From: Promethearchaeota archaeon
Lineage (GTDB): Archaea > Asgardarchaeota > Lokiarchaeia > Sigyniarchaeales > SOKP01
Reading direction: 5' to 3'
DNA length: 64,000 nucleotides
NCBI GenBank assembly: GCA_011364925.1
Contig: RDOA01000010.1
Coordinates: 44,216-108,215, forward strand
Part shown: positions 1 to 9,162 of the stretch, in pieces
Numbering within the stretch: position 1 is the stretch's first letter
How the letters are laid out: every line of letters begins with the position of its first letter
Made by a program: the position numbers and the translations under genes
The notes under the pieces: generated by a model
Database searches by the model: none
Seen by the model: only the letters and a program-made list of their open reading frames with translations
Told to the model about the DNA's origin: nothing

Positions 1-969
1 ATGTTATTCAATGAATTAGGAGCTTCTAAAAAGTCTAAAGAAGTCGAACTCGAACCATTTCAGTATGTTGATCAAGAAGATAAAATAAATATGGTTTATA
101 AACTAGTTCCATTTGGAGGAAGTTATCTTTATTCCTTATTATTAAGAAATGAAAGCACCGCTCCTATAACAGAAGTTAAAATTAGAATTATTATCCCAGA
201 TTTTTTTATTTTAAATAGAAGCACTCCACCGACATTAACCATTGAATCACTTGATCCTAATGATGAAAATGATGAAGATGAGATCAAAGAGAAACAAATT
301 AAAATGGAATTTGAAGTTTTAAATGGTAATTCCCAGAAACAAATAAACCTGTATCTTTGTCCATTGCTTTTAGAAAAAAAAGGTAGAATTAGATCGTTTA
401 TAACTTTTGTTAATAATAGAGATTTTATAAGAGCAATTGATACTGATACAATTAATTTTGAGCTAGATCCCTTTAGTATTGAAAGAAAAATAATCCCTCA
501 ATCGGAAATTAAAAGATTTTTAGAAAAACCATGGACAAAAAAAGCAAGTAAAAGTATAGGAATTGGTAGTGACGGAGTATTAGACGAGAATTACTTCTTT
601 GAACAGATAGTTAAAACGATCCAAGATAGTAATTTCCAATTAATTGTTAAAAATCAAATTAATAGAATTGGTTGGTTCTACGGCACTGATCTTGTGTCAG
701 GAAACGATGTCTTGGTAATTGGACAAGTGTTAGAAAAAAAAATAGAATGGCTAGCAGCTTCCTCTAATCCTCACCTCCTCATCTCAATTTTAACTAACTT
801 TGTTAATAGCTTCAAACGCGAAATGATATTAAATGGTCATATTATATCATCAGCTCAAGTATATTCATTAGAATGTAAGTATTGCGGGAACATTTTACCC
901 TATTTTCCAGAAAAAGGCAAATCTATTGAGTGTAATAAATGTAATTATGAACAAGTTGTTTGGAGTTAA
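1..969 (+). CDS. 5'-truncated hypothetical protein: Ig-like sandwich + platform-like region + C-terminal Zn ribbon
   Basis: ORF runs from the window edge; C-terminal CKYC...CNKC Zn ribbon; beta-rich N-terminal part. Confidence 0.75.
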   Translation: MLFNELGASKKSKEVELEPFQYVDQEDKINMVYKLVPFGGSYLYSLLLRNESTAPITEVKIRIIIPDFFILNRSTPPTLTIESLDPNDENDEDEIKEKQIKMEFEVLNGNSQKQINLYLCPLLLEKKGRIRSFITFVNNRDFIRAIDTDTINFELDPFSIERKIIPQSEIKRFLEKPWTKKASKSIGIGSDGVLDENYFFEQIVKTIQDSNFQLIVKNQINRIGWFYGTDLVSGNDVLVIGQVLEKKIEWLAASSNPHLLISILTNFVNSFKREMILNGHIISSAQVYSLECKYCGNILPYFPEKGKSIECNKCNYEQVVWS

Positions 970-1400
970 CAAAACAATTTAAAATTACATGCAATTCTTA
1001 ATTTCAATAGTTCTTATTTCATTAAAATTTTCTAATTTTATGTTTCAAATGACCAAAAACTTCGTTAGATAGCGTCTCACTATTTGATAATTTTTGTAAT
1101 TTCTTCTCAATTTTTTACCAATTTCATAATATCTTTAGATTCAAATAGAGTTATTAAGTATTTATATCCAAATTTTAATGAAATTCGAAATTTGGTAAAA
1201 GAACTCTATGTTGCACGAAATGAATCAATAATAAGATCGGATTTTTGTCGTGAAATTTTTTTCTAATTTTTCCTTCGAACATTAAGCTCTAATCAAAATC
1301 TTTAAATATGTAGAAGATGATATCATATTTAACTAACTCTTAAATTATAATAAATTCATACAAAAATAAAAGTTAATTACCTATTAGTGGAGGAATAAAA

Positions 1401-1610
1401 ATGGCTGAATATATTTCTTGGTCCCCAATTAGACGACTCATGAAACACAACGGTGCTATTATCGTTGCTCGAGATGCAGTGGACGAATTAGTAGATTGGA
1501 TGAGTGCTTCCGCAGTGAAAATTACCAAATCTGCTTTAACCTTAACCAAGCACGGTAAAAGGAAGAAAGTCACAAGGGACGACATTTTACTCGCTATTAA
1601 GTACTTCTAA
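1401..1610 (+). CDS. Archaeal histone (HMf-like histone fold)
   Basis: 69 aa; PIRRLMK...VARDAV...KRKKVTRDDILLA histone-fold motifs; GGAGG SD upstream; T-rich tract downstream. Confidence 0.93.
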   Translation: MAEYISWSPIRRLMKHNGAIIVARDAVDELVDWMSASAVKITKSALTLTKHGKRKKVTRDDILLAIKYF

Positions 1611-1903
1611 GTAATAGCAAATTTTATTACCGACAATCATTTAAATTAATTTTTTCTTTTTTTTTGTCTCTTTATTTTAAAAGCACAGATATAGAATAGT
1701 GTTGCAAAATTTAAAAAACTAAGATAAATCGCAGTTCGATTTACCTTAGAAAAAAAGATATATGGTGTTAAAACAACCCATAATTCAAATAGATATGTCG
1801 ATTTATAAAAATATGTTTTACTGTTTCAAATACAATTTTCAATTTGGATTATAAAATATCAGTTGAATATAATAATTTCTTCAGTATTGCATTTAAGTAA
1901 TAA

Positions 1904-3289
1904 TTACGACCCGTTAAACTGAGGGAGCCATTGTTTCTCCGCTTCGAACATTTCGTCAACCATGTCTCTAATTTCTTTAGGAGAGCAAACGCTTGCAGTG
2001 TTAGGGTCTAGTAGAATTGCGTGATAAATCCTTTCTTTATCCAATGTTAATTGTCCCTCAACAGCAGCTTTCTGTACCATTATATTAGAGATACATAACC
2101 CTTGGCAAACGGTGGGAAGATTTATTCCTCCTTGTGGATGTAAACCATGGTAATCTGCGAATATAGGTATTTCTACGCAGCAATCTTTTGGTAAATTTGT
2201 AATTAAAGATCCATCTTTATTCATAACGTTACCGTTAAATTTGAATGGGGAGTCTGTTTCGATAGCGTTGATTATATGAGAACCGTATTCGTAGGATGGT
2301 ACTTTTTTTAAACTTAATCTTTTACTTTTCAATCTACGTTCAAACTGTCGCTCCATTCTTAAAGCGTTTTTTACCTGCATTCGATAATCTTCTGCTTGTA
2401 ATAGGCTATCGTGTCCTGATTCTATACCCTTATATTTTTCTAATAAATCGCTTCTTTTACGATAATAAGGTAGATACTCACTAAGGTGTCCTGATGATTC
2501 CGTCATAAAATAACCCGTTGCTTCCATCATGTCCCACCGAATAAGATCCCCTCCTATAATATTTGGATTAGCTTCATGTTTTTTGTATAAAAGAGGGTAA
2601 GCGTTCTTCCATGGAGCGTTGGAGGAGTTAGACTGTCGATACCACAATTCAAGGAACCAGGCCATATGGTTAATCCCCGCACATAGAAAGCTATAATTTT
2701 CTGGTCTAACTCCAATCCAATTCCTTAACGACATACTCGTTCCTTGAACTCCGTGACAGAGACCAACAGTTGAATCGGGATTAATTGAATTACAATACCA
2801 AACATTCATTACCATTGGATTTGTATAGTTAAGAAAAAGAGGTTTTCCTTCCCGGCTTTCAGAGTTGAAACCTACTTCATTAATTAATTCAACTATTTGC
2901 TTAAGCACGGGAGCATTACGTAAAAATCTGAATACACCTCCCGGACCTAACGAATCGCCTATGCATTGAGATACACCGTATTTCCAAGGGATTTCAATAT
3001 CTTTCTGAAACGCATCTAAACCTCCAACATGTATCGCACTAATAATGAATTTAGCATCAGTGATTGCCTTTTTTAAATTTGTGGTTTTTTCAAACGTAAC
3101 TCCTTCCAATACCTTAGGATTCAATTCTTTATATTTATTCATTAGATTATACATCAAATCTAATCGATGCTCATTAATATCTTCAAGATAAATTACCGTA
3201 TCTTTTTGTATTGAGGGGAATGTTAGCATGTCAGTAAGAATATTCTCACCAAATACTATTGAACCTGCTCCGATAAATGCAACTTTCAA
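1904..3289 (-). CDS. melA: Glycoside hydrolase family 4 (alpha-galactosidase/alpha-glucosidase)
   Basis: KVAFIGAGS NAD-binding motif, GDSLGPGG, NYTNP, GLCHG, GINHMAW; TTG start at 3289 preferred over the GTG at 3298. Confidence 0.9.
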   Translation of the reverse strand: MKVAFIGAGSIVFGENILTDMLTFPSIQKDTVIYLEDINEHRLDLMYNLMNKYKELNPKVLEGVTFEKTTNLKKAITDAKFIISAIHVGGLDAFQKDIEIPWKYGVSQCIGDSLGPGGVFRFLRNAPVLKQIVELINEVGFNSESREGKPLFLNYTNPMVMNVWYCNSINPDSTVGLCHGVQGTSMSLRNWIGVRPENYSFLCAGINHMAWFLELWYRQSNSSNAPWKNAYPLLYKKHEANPNIIGGDLIRWDMMEATGYFMTESSGHLSEYLPYYRKRSDLLEKYKGIESGHDSLLQAEDYRMQVKNALRMERQFERRLKSKRLSLKKVPSYEYGSHIINAIETDSPFKFNGNVMNKDGSLITNLPKDCCVEIPIFADYHGLHPQGGINLPTVCQGLCISNIMVQKAAVEGQLTLDKERIYHAILLDPNTASVCSPKEIRDMVDEMFEAEKQWLPQFNGS

Positions 3290-3418
3290 AATTATCACTT
3301 TAATTTATGTTATGAGATTGAAAATAGGTCAATGGATAAAATTTTAACCATTAAAATTATCTAAAAATAAGTATTTTAATAAAAGGATACGACAGTATTT
3401 AAATAAAAATGTTAACTT

Positions 3419-5002
3419 CTAGGCTTGTTCGCTTACTTCTTTAACGATTTCTGGTTTGATTGTCTTATCTTCTAGACTTTTAAAAGATTTCTCAATAACG
3501 GGCTTTTGAACAGAAAAATTTATATCTTTCATTAATTCCTTTTTATTTTTTAACTCTTTAGATATTACTTTAGTCGTGATACCTTGACTATACAGCATTG
3601 AAAGCCCACCTAAGATGCCTTGTTTTATCAACCTTCCCATACAATTAAACATCCAATTAAATTTACCGACAGGATTTAAATATTCTTTTGCTCTTTTTAG
3701 TATCCATCCTTTTAAGTAAAATGCGGCGTAACCCTCTGCTACAAGACGATACATTTCTTTTGAGGTTAAATCTGGAGTTCCCATCATTGGATGGAATAGA
3801 TCGTAAAACTTGTAATTATTTGCCGTTATTCTTCCTTGGGATTTCATTTCTTCGTAAAAGTCCGTCCCGGGAAACGCTGTAATTGGTGTAAACTGAACGC
3901 AATCTAAGTCCAAATCGATTGTATTCTGAATATTTTGCCGAACCATGCGTTTTGTTTCACCAGGAAATCCAATTATAACTCCCCCAAAGATCGATATCCC
4001 TCTATCGCGCAAACTTTTCACTACTTGTTTAACCATAGCAGGTGTTGTATTTTTCTTATTCATTGCGTTTAAACTCTGTTGATGAACCGATTCTATTCCC
4101 AGAAAAATTTGTCTAAAATTAGCTTTATAGAGTTTATCAATCAATTCTGGGTTTCTGTAAAGGGTATCGACGCGAGATTGGCAGGAAAAGTGCATTTTAT
4201 TATGAACACCCGCTTTCATAATGGTATCCAATATTTTATGAGTTCTTTTCACATTGATAGTAAAATTATCTTCGCAGAAAAAAATGAAGTCGTTTTTCCA
4301 GTCTACGTCGTAAACCTCTCTCATGACTCTTGAGATTGACTTTGTTCTGTAAGTTGTAGCTTTATTCGTATTTCTCCACATTTTTATAATACAGCAAAAC
4401 TTACAATTATGAGGGCATCCACGAGAGGTCTCTACTTGGCGCGTTGAAGCTCCTAAATAAGTGTACAACTTTCCTTTTAATAGATCCCTTCTAGGCATTG
4501 GAAAATTATCTAAATTCGGTTCCAAATGCCTTTCATTATTATGTACAATTCTACCCTCTTTATCTTTGTAAGAGATTCCGTCAATCTCTTTGATTGAAAC
4601 ATTGTTTTTGTTGTTATCAATGTAATCAATAATTTCTTTAAATGTATGCTCTCCTTCGCCACGAACGGTAAAGTCTACAAAATCGTGTTTTGCTACGAAC
4701 TCTGGCACCAGAGTAGGATGATAACCTCCCAAAATAGTGGTACAACCTTGCTCTTTTGCCATTTTTGCTATATCCAAAGCAGAATATATCTGAGGCGTCA
4801 TACTTGTTATAGCTACTGCGTCATATCGATTCAAATCGCTGCGAAATTTATTTTCTCGAAATTTATCTATTTTGAAATCAAATAATTTTGCGTCGTGTTC
4901 GGGAACCGTAGCAGCTATCGAAATTAAGCTTAAGGGTGCGCCTGTTATGATAGCGTCTAATCCAGATTGTAATCTCGCGGGATTGATATATAAAATTTTC
5001 AT
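3419..5002 (-). CDS. Cobalamin-binding radical SAM protein (class B)
   Basis: N-terminal B12-binding domain (ILGGYHPT, VRGEGE); SRGCPHNCKFC CxxxCxxC motif. Confidence 0.92.
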   Translation of the reverse strand: MKILYINPARLQSGLDAIITGAPLSLISIAATVPEHDAKLFDFKIDKFRENKFRSDLNRYDAVAITSMTPQIYSALDIAKMAKEQGCTTILGGYHPTLVPEFVAKHDFVDFTVRGEGEHTFKEIIDYIDNNKNNVSIKEIDGISYKDKEGRIVHNNERHLEPNLDNFPMPRRDLLKGKLYTYLGASTRQVETSRGCPHNCKFCCIIKMWRNTNKATTYRTKSISRVMREVYDVDWKNDFIFFCEDNFTINVKRTHKILDTIMKAGVHNKMHFSCQSRVDTLYRNPELIDKLYKANFRQIFLGIESVHQQSLNAMNKKNTTPAMVKQVVKSLRDRGISIFGGVIIGFPGETKRMVRQNIQNTIDLDLDCVQFTPITAFPGTDFYEEMKSQGRITANNYKFYDLFHPMMGTPDLTSKEMYRLVAEGYAAFYLKGWILKRAKEYLNPVGKFNWMFNCMGRLIKQGILGGLSMLYSQGITTKVISKELKNKKELMKDINFSVQKPVIEKSFKSLEDKTIKPEIVKEVSEQA

Positions 5003-5140
5003 CGTGTTTCACATTTTTTTTTCCAGTTATTGAGCTAAACCGTATTGATATTGAACAATATTACTTCAAACTAACTTGAAAGAAGAGGTTAAGCTAAAAT
5101 TCGTTAGTTAATGATTAAAAAGTAATAATCATATTTAAAC

Positions 5141-5174
5141 TTGTTGAATCTACATAGTTATTGTTGAATCTACA
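5141..5174. promoter_or_regulatory. Tandem quasi-palindromic operator-like direct repeat (TTGTTGAATCTACA x2, 20-bp period)
   Basis: Exact 14-bp copies at 5141 and 5161 in a divergent intergenic region, directly after TTTAAA at 5134-5139. Confidence 0.5.
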
Positions 5175-5340
5175 ATAGCATTAACTTCTCTACAATTTAC
5201 ATATTAAAAGGGAAATAACAATAAAAATCAATTTATTTTAAAACAAAACTTTCAATTTTTATCTTCTATTCCAGCGTGAGATTAAAAAAAATCTCAACCC
5301 CCTCTAAATTATAAACTAACTATTCCAAATATTTTTTAAC

Positions 5341-7494
5341 ATGGTTAGTGATTATTTTAACCAACCTTTCTTGAAATGGAACAGAGTATTTTATCGACAA
5401 TACCAAAATAACATCGTTAATAAATGTAAGGGAAGAAATTCTTTAATAGTTTTACCAACTGGTTTAGGAAAGACAATCATCGGGGTTTTACTCATAGCTA
5501 AAACCTTTGAAAAATATCCAGAATCAAAAGTAATCATACTTGCTCCCACTCGTCCCTTAGTTTCTCAACATAGAGCGTCTTGTGAAGAATTTTTGGAGAT
5601 TAATTCAGATTCTATTGCTTCATTTACGGGTAAATTATCTCCTGACAAAAGAATTTTACATTTTAATAATTCTAAAATTATTGTTTCTACACCTCAAGTA
5701 ATAAAAAACGATGTCGAAAGAGGAAGATACAATCTAAAGCATGTAGCTTTAATAATTTTTGATGAAGCGCACAGAACTAGAGGGAATTATGCCTATTGTT
5801 TTATTTCTGCCGAATACGTTAAAACTTGTCAAGATCCACTCATATTAGGATTGACAGCTTCTCCAGGAAAGAGTCATTCTCATATCCAGCAATTGTGTAA
5901 CAATCTATACATTGAGAATGTTATATTCAAAACTTACGAAGATAAAGATGTAAATGAATACATATACGATATTGATACATATTTAGAATTCGTTGATTTA
6001 CCGATTAAGGTACTCGAATTAAGCGCTATATGGTATAATTTGTTTGAAAAATTTCTTCGTTTTTTTATAGAAAAAAAAGTAATTCCTCCTAATAAACGAT
6101 ATTTCTCGAAATCAGATTTCTTGGGAATTGCGCGAGATTTAACTCTCTCTCTTAAGTTCGAAAATGGTAATCTACCAGAGTTGTCTGAAGAAGATTATTA
6201 TAACATCTTAAATTTTCAATCACCACGTATTATTGACTTAGTAAAAGAGGGATCTTTAAACGTCCAATCAATCTATTCTTTTTGCTCAAGTTTTATCTCT
6301 TTACTCCACGGGAAGGATTTATTAGAGTCTCAAAACATCACTTTATTTTTAACTTTTTTAGAAAAGCTAGAATATAAAGCTAAACAGGACATTCTTTCTG
6401 CTAAAAGAATTACTAGCTCAGAACATTATAAATATATCAAAAATAATTTCCTGCGGGGATCTCTTGACGATTATACTCATCCAAAGATTCAAAAAGTATT
6501 CTCTATCATAAGAGAAGAGTTGGATAATCTTCAAAATACTAAAATAATCATTTTTACTCAATATCGAGAAATGGCAGAATTTTTGAAAGAAAAGGTTAAA
6601 CTCCATTTTGGAACTCAAGTTCATGTAGAAAAATTCATAGGTCAAGCTAGTAAAATTGATGATATAGGATTTTCCCAAGATCGGCAAATGGAAATATTAA
6701 AACAGTTTAAAGAAGGCGAAGTAGATATCCTTATAGCTACCAGTGTAGCAGAAGAAGGTCTGGACATACCTAATGTTGACGCAATAATCTTCTATGAACC
6801 AGTGCCATCTGAAATAAGGTTAATTCAAAGAAGAGGACGGACTGGAAGACACGCTCCTGGTAGGTGTTATATATTAGTAGCTAAAGAAACTATTGATATT
6901 CCCTTCTATAAAGCTGCCGATAGAAAAGAATCTGCAATGCACTGGGTATTGTCACATCCTAAGGATTTAGATTTATGTAAAATCGCAAATCGAGAAACAA
7001 TTTGTTTTAAGAATGAATCCACAGTAATATCAGAAATAGATTTAATTCAAAACTATCAAGAAAGGCGTGAAAAAGAAAAAGAACTTCTGGTAAATCGTTC
7101 AATTGAAGAAATTATCTCAGAGCTGGATAACTTTGTCCAGAGTAAAGAGTTCCAACAATTTAAAAATTCCGGAGTAACATTTTTTTCAGATGTTATTAGT
7201 ATGAATGAAATGAATTTAAAACGAGGTGTATTAAGAATAAAAGGTGCGAATAAAGAAAAAAATAAGAAAACAAACGAACGTAAAAGATACTTAAATAAAA
7301 ATGTGAAAACTCTAATTAGAATTGCAAAAACTTACTCTATAAATGGAAAAATACCACTTTCTGAATTTAAAGAGCTTGCTCAAGAAGAAGAAATAATAGA
7401 AAAGAAATTTTACACTCATTTTAATCAAGCGTGTCATTTGGGTTATCTTAAAAGAACTGCAGATGAAGTAGAATTCATTATGGACTATGATTAA
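5341..7494 (+). CDS. Hef/FANCM/Mph1-like SF2 DEAH helicase, no recognisable ERCC4 nuclease domain
   Basis: LPTGLGKT, APTRPLV, FDEAH, TASPG, ATSVAEEGLDIP, QRRGRTGR. Confidence 0.92.
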   Translation: MVSDYFNQPFLKWNRVFYRQYQNNIVNKCKGRNSLIVLPTGLGKTIIGVLLIAKTFEKYPESKVIILAPTRPLVSQHRASCEEFLEINSDSIASFTGKLSPDKRILHFNNSKIIVSTPQVIKNDVERGRYNLKHVALIIFDEAHRTRGNYAYCFISAEYVKTCQDPLILGLTASPGKSHSHIQQLCNNLYIENVIFKTYEDKDVNEYIYDIDTYLEFVDLPIKVLELSAIWYNLFEKFLRFFIEKKVIPPNKRYFSKSDFLGIARDLTLSLKFENGNLPELSEEDYYNILNFQSPRIIDLVKEGSLNVQSIYSFCSSFISLLHGKDLLESQNITLFLTFLEKLEYKAKQDILSAKRITSSEHYKYIKNNFLRGSLDDYTHPKIQKVFSIIREELDNLQNTKIIIFTQYREMAEFLKEKVKLHFGTQVHVEKFIGQASKIDDIGFSQDRQMEILKQFKEGEVDILIATSVAEEGLDIPNVDAIIFYEPVPSEIRLIQRRGRTGRHAPGRCYILVAKETIDIPFYKAADRKESAMHWVLSHPKDLDLCKIANRETICFKNESTVISEIDLIQNYQERREKEKELLVNRSIEEIISELDNFVQSKEFQQFKNSGVTFFSDVISMNEMNLKRGVLRIKGANKEKNKKTNERKRYLNKNVKTLIRIAKTYSINGKIPLSEFKELAQEEEIIEKKFYTHFNQACHLGYLKRTADEVEFIMDYD

Positions 7495-7597
7495 ATCGAA
7501 ATCTGTTAAATTTTCTTTTCAATTTTTAGTATAAAGTAACCTAAATGCTTATTAGCGCAAAATTCAAAGCTTAACTTAATAAAAATATATAAAAAAT

Positions 7598-9148
7598 TTG
7601 ATTAAATTGGGTGTTAAATCTTTACAAAGAAGAAAAGGGAAGAAATGGATTATACTTTATATCATTTACACTATAAATTTTCTGATTTTTTTGTTTTACA
7701 TTGTTTTACTTGAGCCATATTGGGGAGATATTAATTTCACAGTATCTGGTTGGATTAATTCTGATATTAATATCGTTCTGATTATTGCTCTTATTATTAT
7801 TATACCATTGGGTTATGGGGTGATATTATTAAGTTTTAAATTAAAAAAAATCATAAAACATAATGAAATAAAGCCCTGTCTCATAAACAAAATTGCACCA
7901 ATCGTCTTGTTGATTCTCTATAATTTCCTTATCATCTTATTACTTGAACTATTAGAAGATTATGCTAACGTTATATTTCAAAAGATTGAATACTATAGTT
8001 TCTTCATTTTTTTTGGCTTAGATATAACTTTAATTGCACTTTTATACCCTGTATTAAAAATATTTCGGCAACTAAAAAATCGTATTTTAAAAAGACATCT
8101 TAGTTCTGATAGAAAAGGGCTTACTATCTTAATCTGTACAATTGGAGTGTATATACTTGTATTTTCATTACCCTTAGTATTAATCCCATCAAATGTACTG
8201 TACTATAACTTACCTCCCGAGCCAAAATTAATTGCCCATAGGGGGGCTTCTCACCTTGCCCCAGAAAACACTATTAAAGCTGGAGAGGCGGCGCTTGAGT
8301 ATGATTTAGTTGAAGGATGGGAAGTAGATATTCAAATTAGCTACGATGGCGTTCCATTTCTAATGCACGACGACACCTTAACTAGAACTACAAATGTATC
8401 TGAACATTTTCCCTCTCGGAAGGATGATTATGCTTATAATTTTAACATTTCTGAGCTTAGAGAATTAGATGCAGGTTCTTGGTTTGTAAATAAAGATCCT
8501 TTTGGAGTAATTGCTAATGGTATTGTTCCAAAAGCAAAAGCTGAGACATTTAGAGGGATTAAAATACCTACATTCGAAGAAGTTCTAAATTTTACAAAAG
8601 ACAACAATTACATATTAGATTTTGATGCATATAGACCTCCTGTTAGTCATCCGTATCATGAGGATTTTTACGAAATTCTTATAAACATGACAATAAATTC
8701 GGGTATAAATCTAAGGAAAGTTATGATTCCTACTCAAAATAGTGAATGGATAAATCTAATAAATAATCTCGCTCCAGAAATTTTACTAGGATGGGGAGGG
8801 TCACCTAAGTTAGAAGAATATCAATCATCCTTGATAAATTATTCTTATATCAATACTGGTGACGGGTATTCTAACGAAGAATATCGAATTCTTAATGAAG
8901 CCAATATTAATGTTATGGTATGGACTATCGAAGCAGTAGAAAGGTTTTATCAACTTTGGTGTTTAGGAGTAGATTGGGTAAAGACAAACTCTCCATATAA
9001 ATTTAATAATTTAGATAGTACTTTCTTACATTTTCCAATAGGTTCATATACCACGATTTGGGTAGCATTAGGCATTACGGCTTTATGCTCAATTCGAATT
9101 ATTAAGACTGAGTTGATTGAAAAAAAGAAAATATTAAAGAACAAGTGA
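7598..9148 (+). CDS. Multi-pass membrane glycerophosphodiester phosphodiesterase (GDE2/GDPD5-like architecture)
   Basis: About 5 N-terminal TM helices; IAHRGAS..APENT, EVDIQIS.DGVPFLMHD, VMVWT, VKTN; one C-terminal TM; start uncertain. Confidence 0.88.
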   Translation: MIKLGVKSLQRRKGKKWIILYIIYTINFLIFLFYIVLLEPYWGDINFTVSGWINSDINIVLIIALIIIIPLGYGVILLSFKLKKIIKHNEIKPCLINKIAPIVLLILYNFLIILLLELLEDYANVIFQKIEYYSFFIFFGLDITLIALLYPVLKIFRQLKNRILKRHLSSDRKGLTILICTIGVYILVFSLPLVLIPSNVLYYNLPPEPKLIAHRGASHLAPENTIKAGEAALEYDLVEGWEVDIQISYDGVPFLMHDDTLTRTTNVSEHFPSRKDDYAYNFNISELRELDAGSWFVNKDPFGVIANGIVPKAKAETFRGIKIPTFEEVLNFTKDNNYILDFDAYRPPVSHPYHEDFYEILINMTINSGINLRKVMIPTQNSEWINLINNLAPEILLGWGGSPKLEEYQSSLINYSYINTGDGYSNEEYRILNEANINVMVWTIEAVERFYQLWCLGVDWVKTNSPYKFNNLDSTFLHFPIGSYTTIWVALGITALCSIRIIKTELIEKKKILKNK

Positions 9149-9162
9149 ATATTTGAAACTCA

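Noticed and set aside
1084-1266. 60-aa ORF upstream of the histone gene
   Set aside because: TTG start, no SD or motif, lies in AT-rich promoter DNA
2835-2880. Short in-frame insertion in the GH4 gene with AGGTTT/AAACCT complementarity as a possible intron
   Set aside because: No 4-bp central helix with 3-nt bulges could be built
5141-5174. Mini-CRISPR array
   Set aside because: Only two 14-bp copies with a 6-bp spacer, and no cas genes
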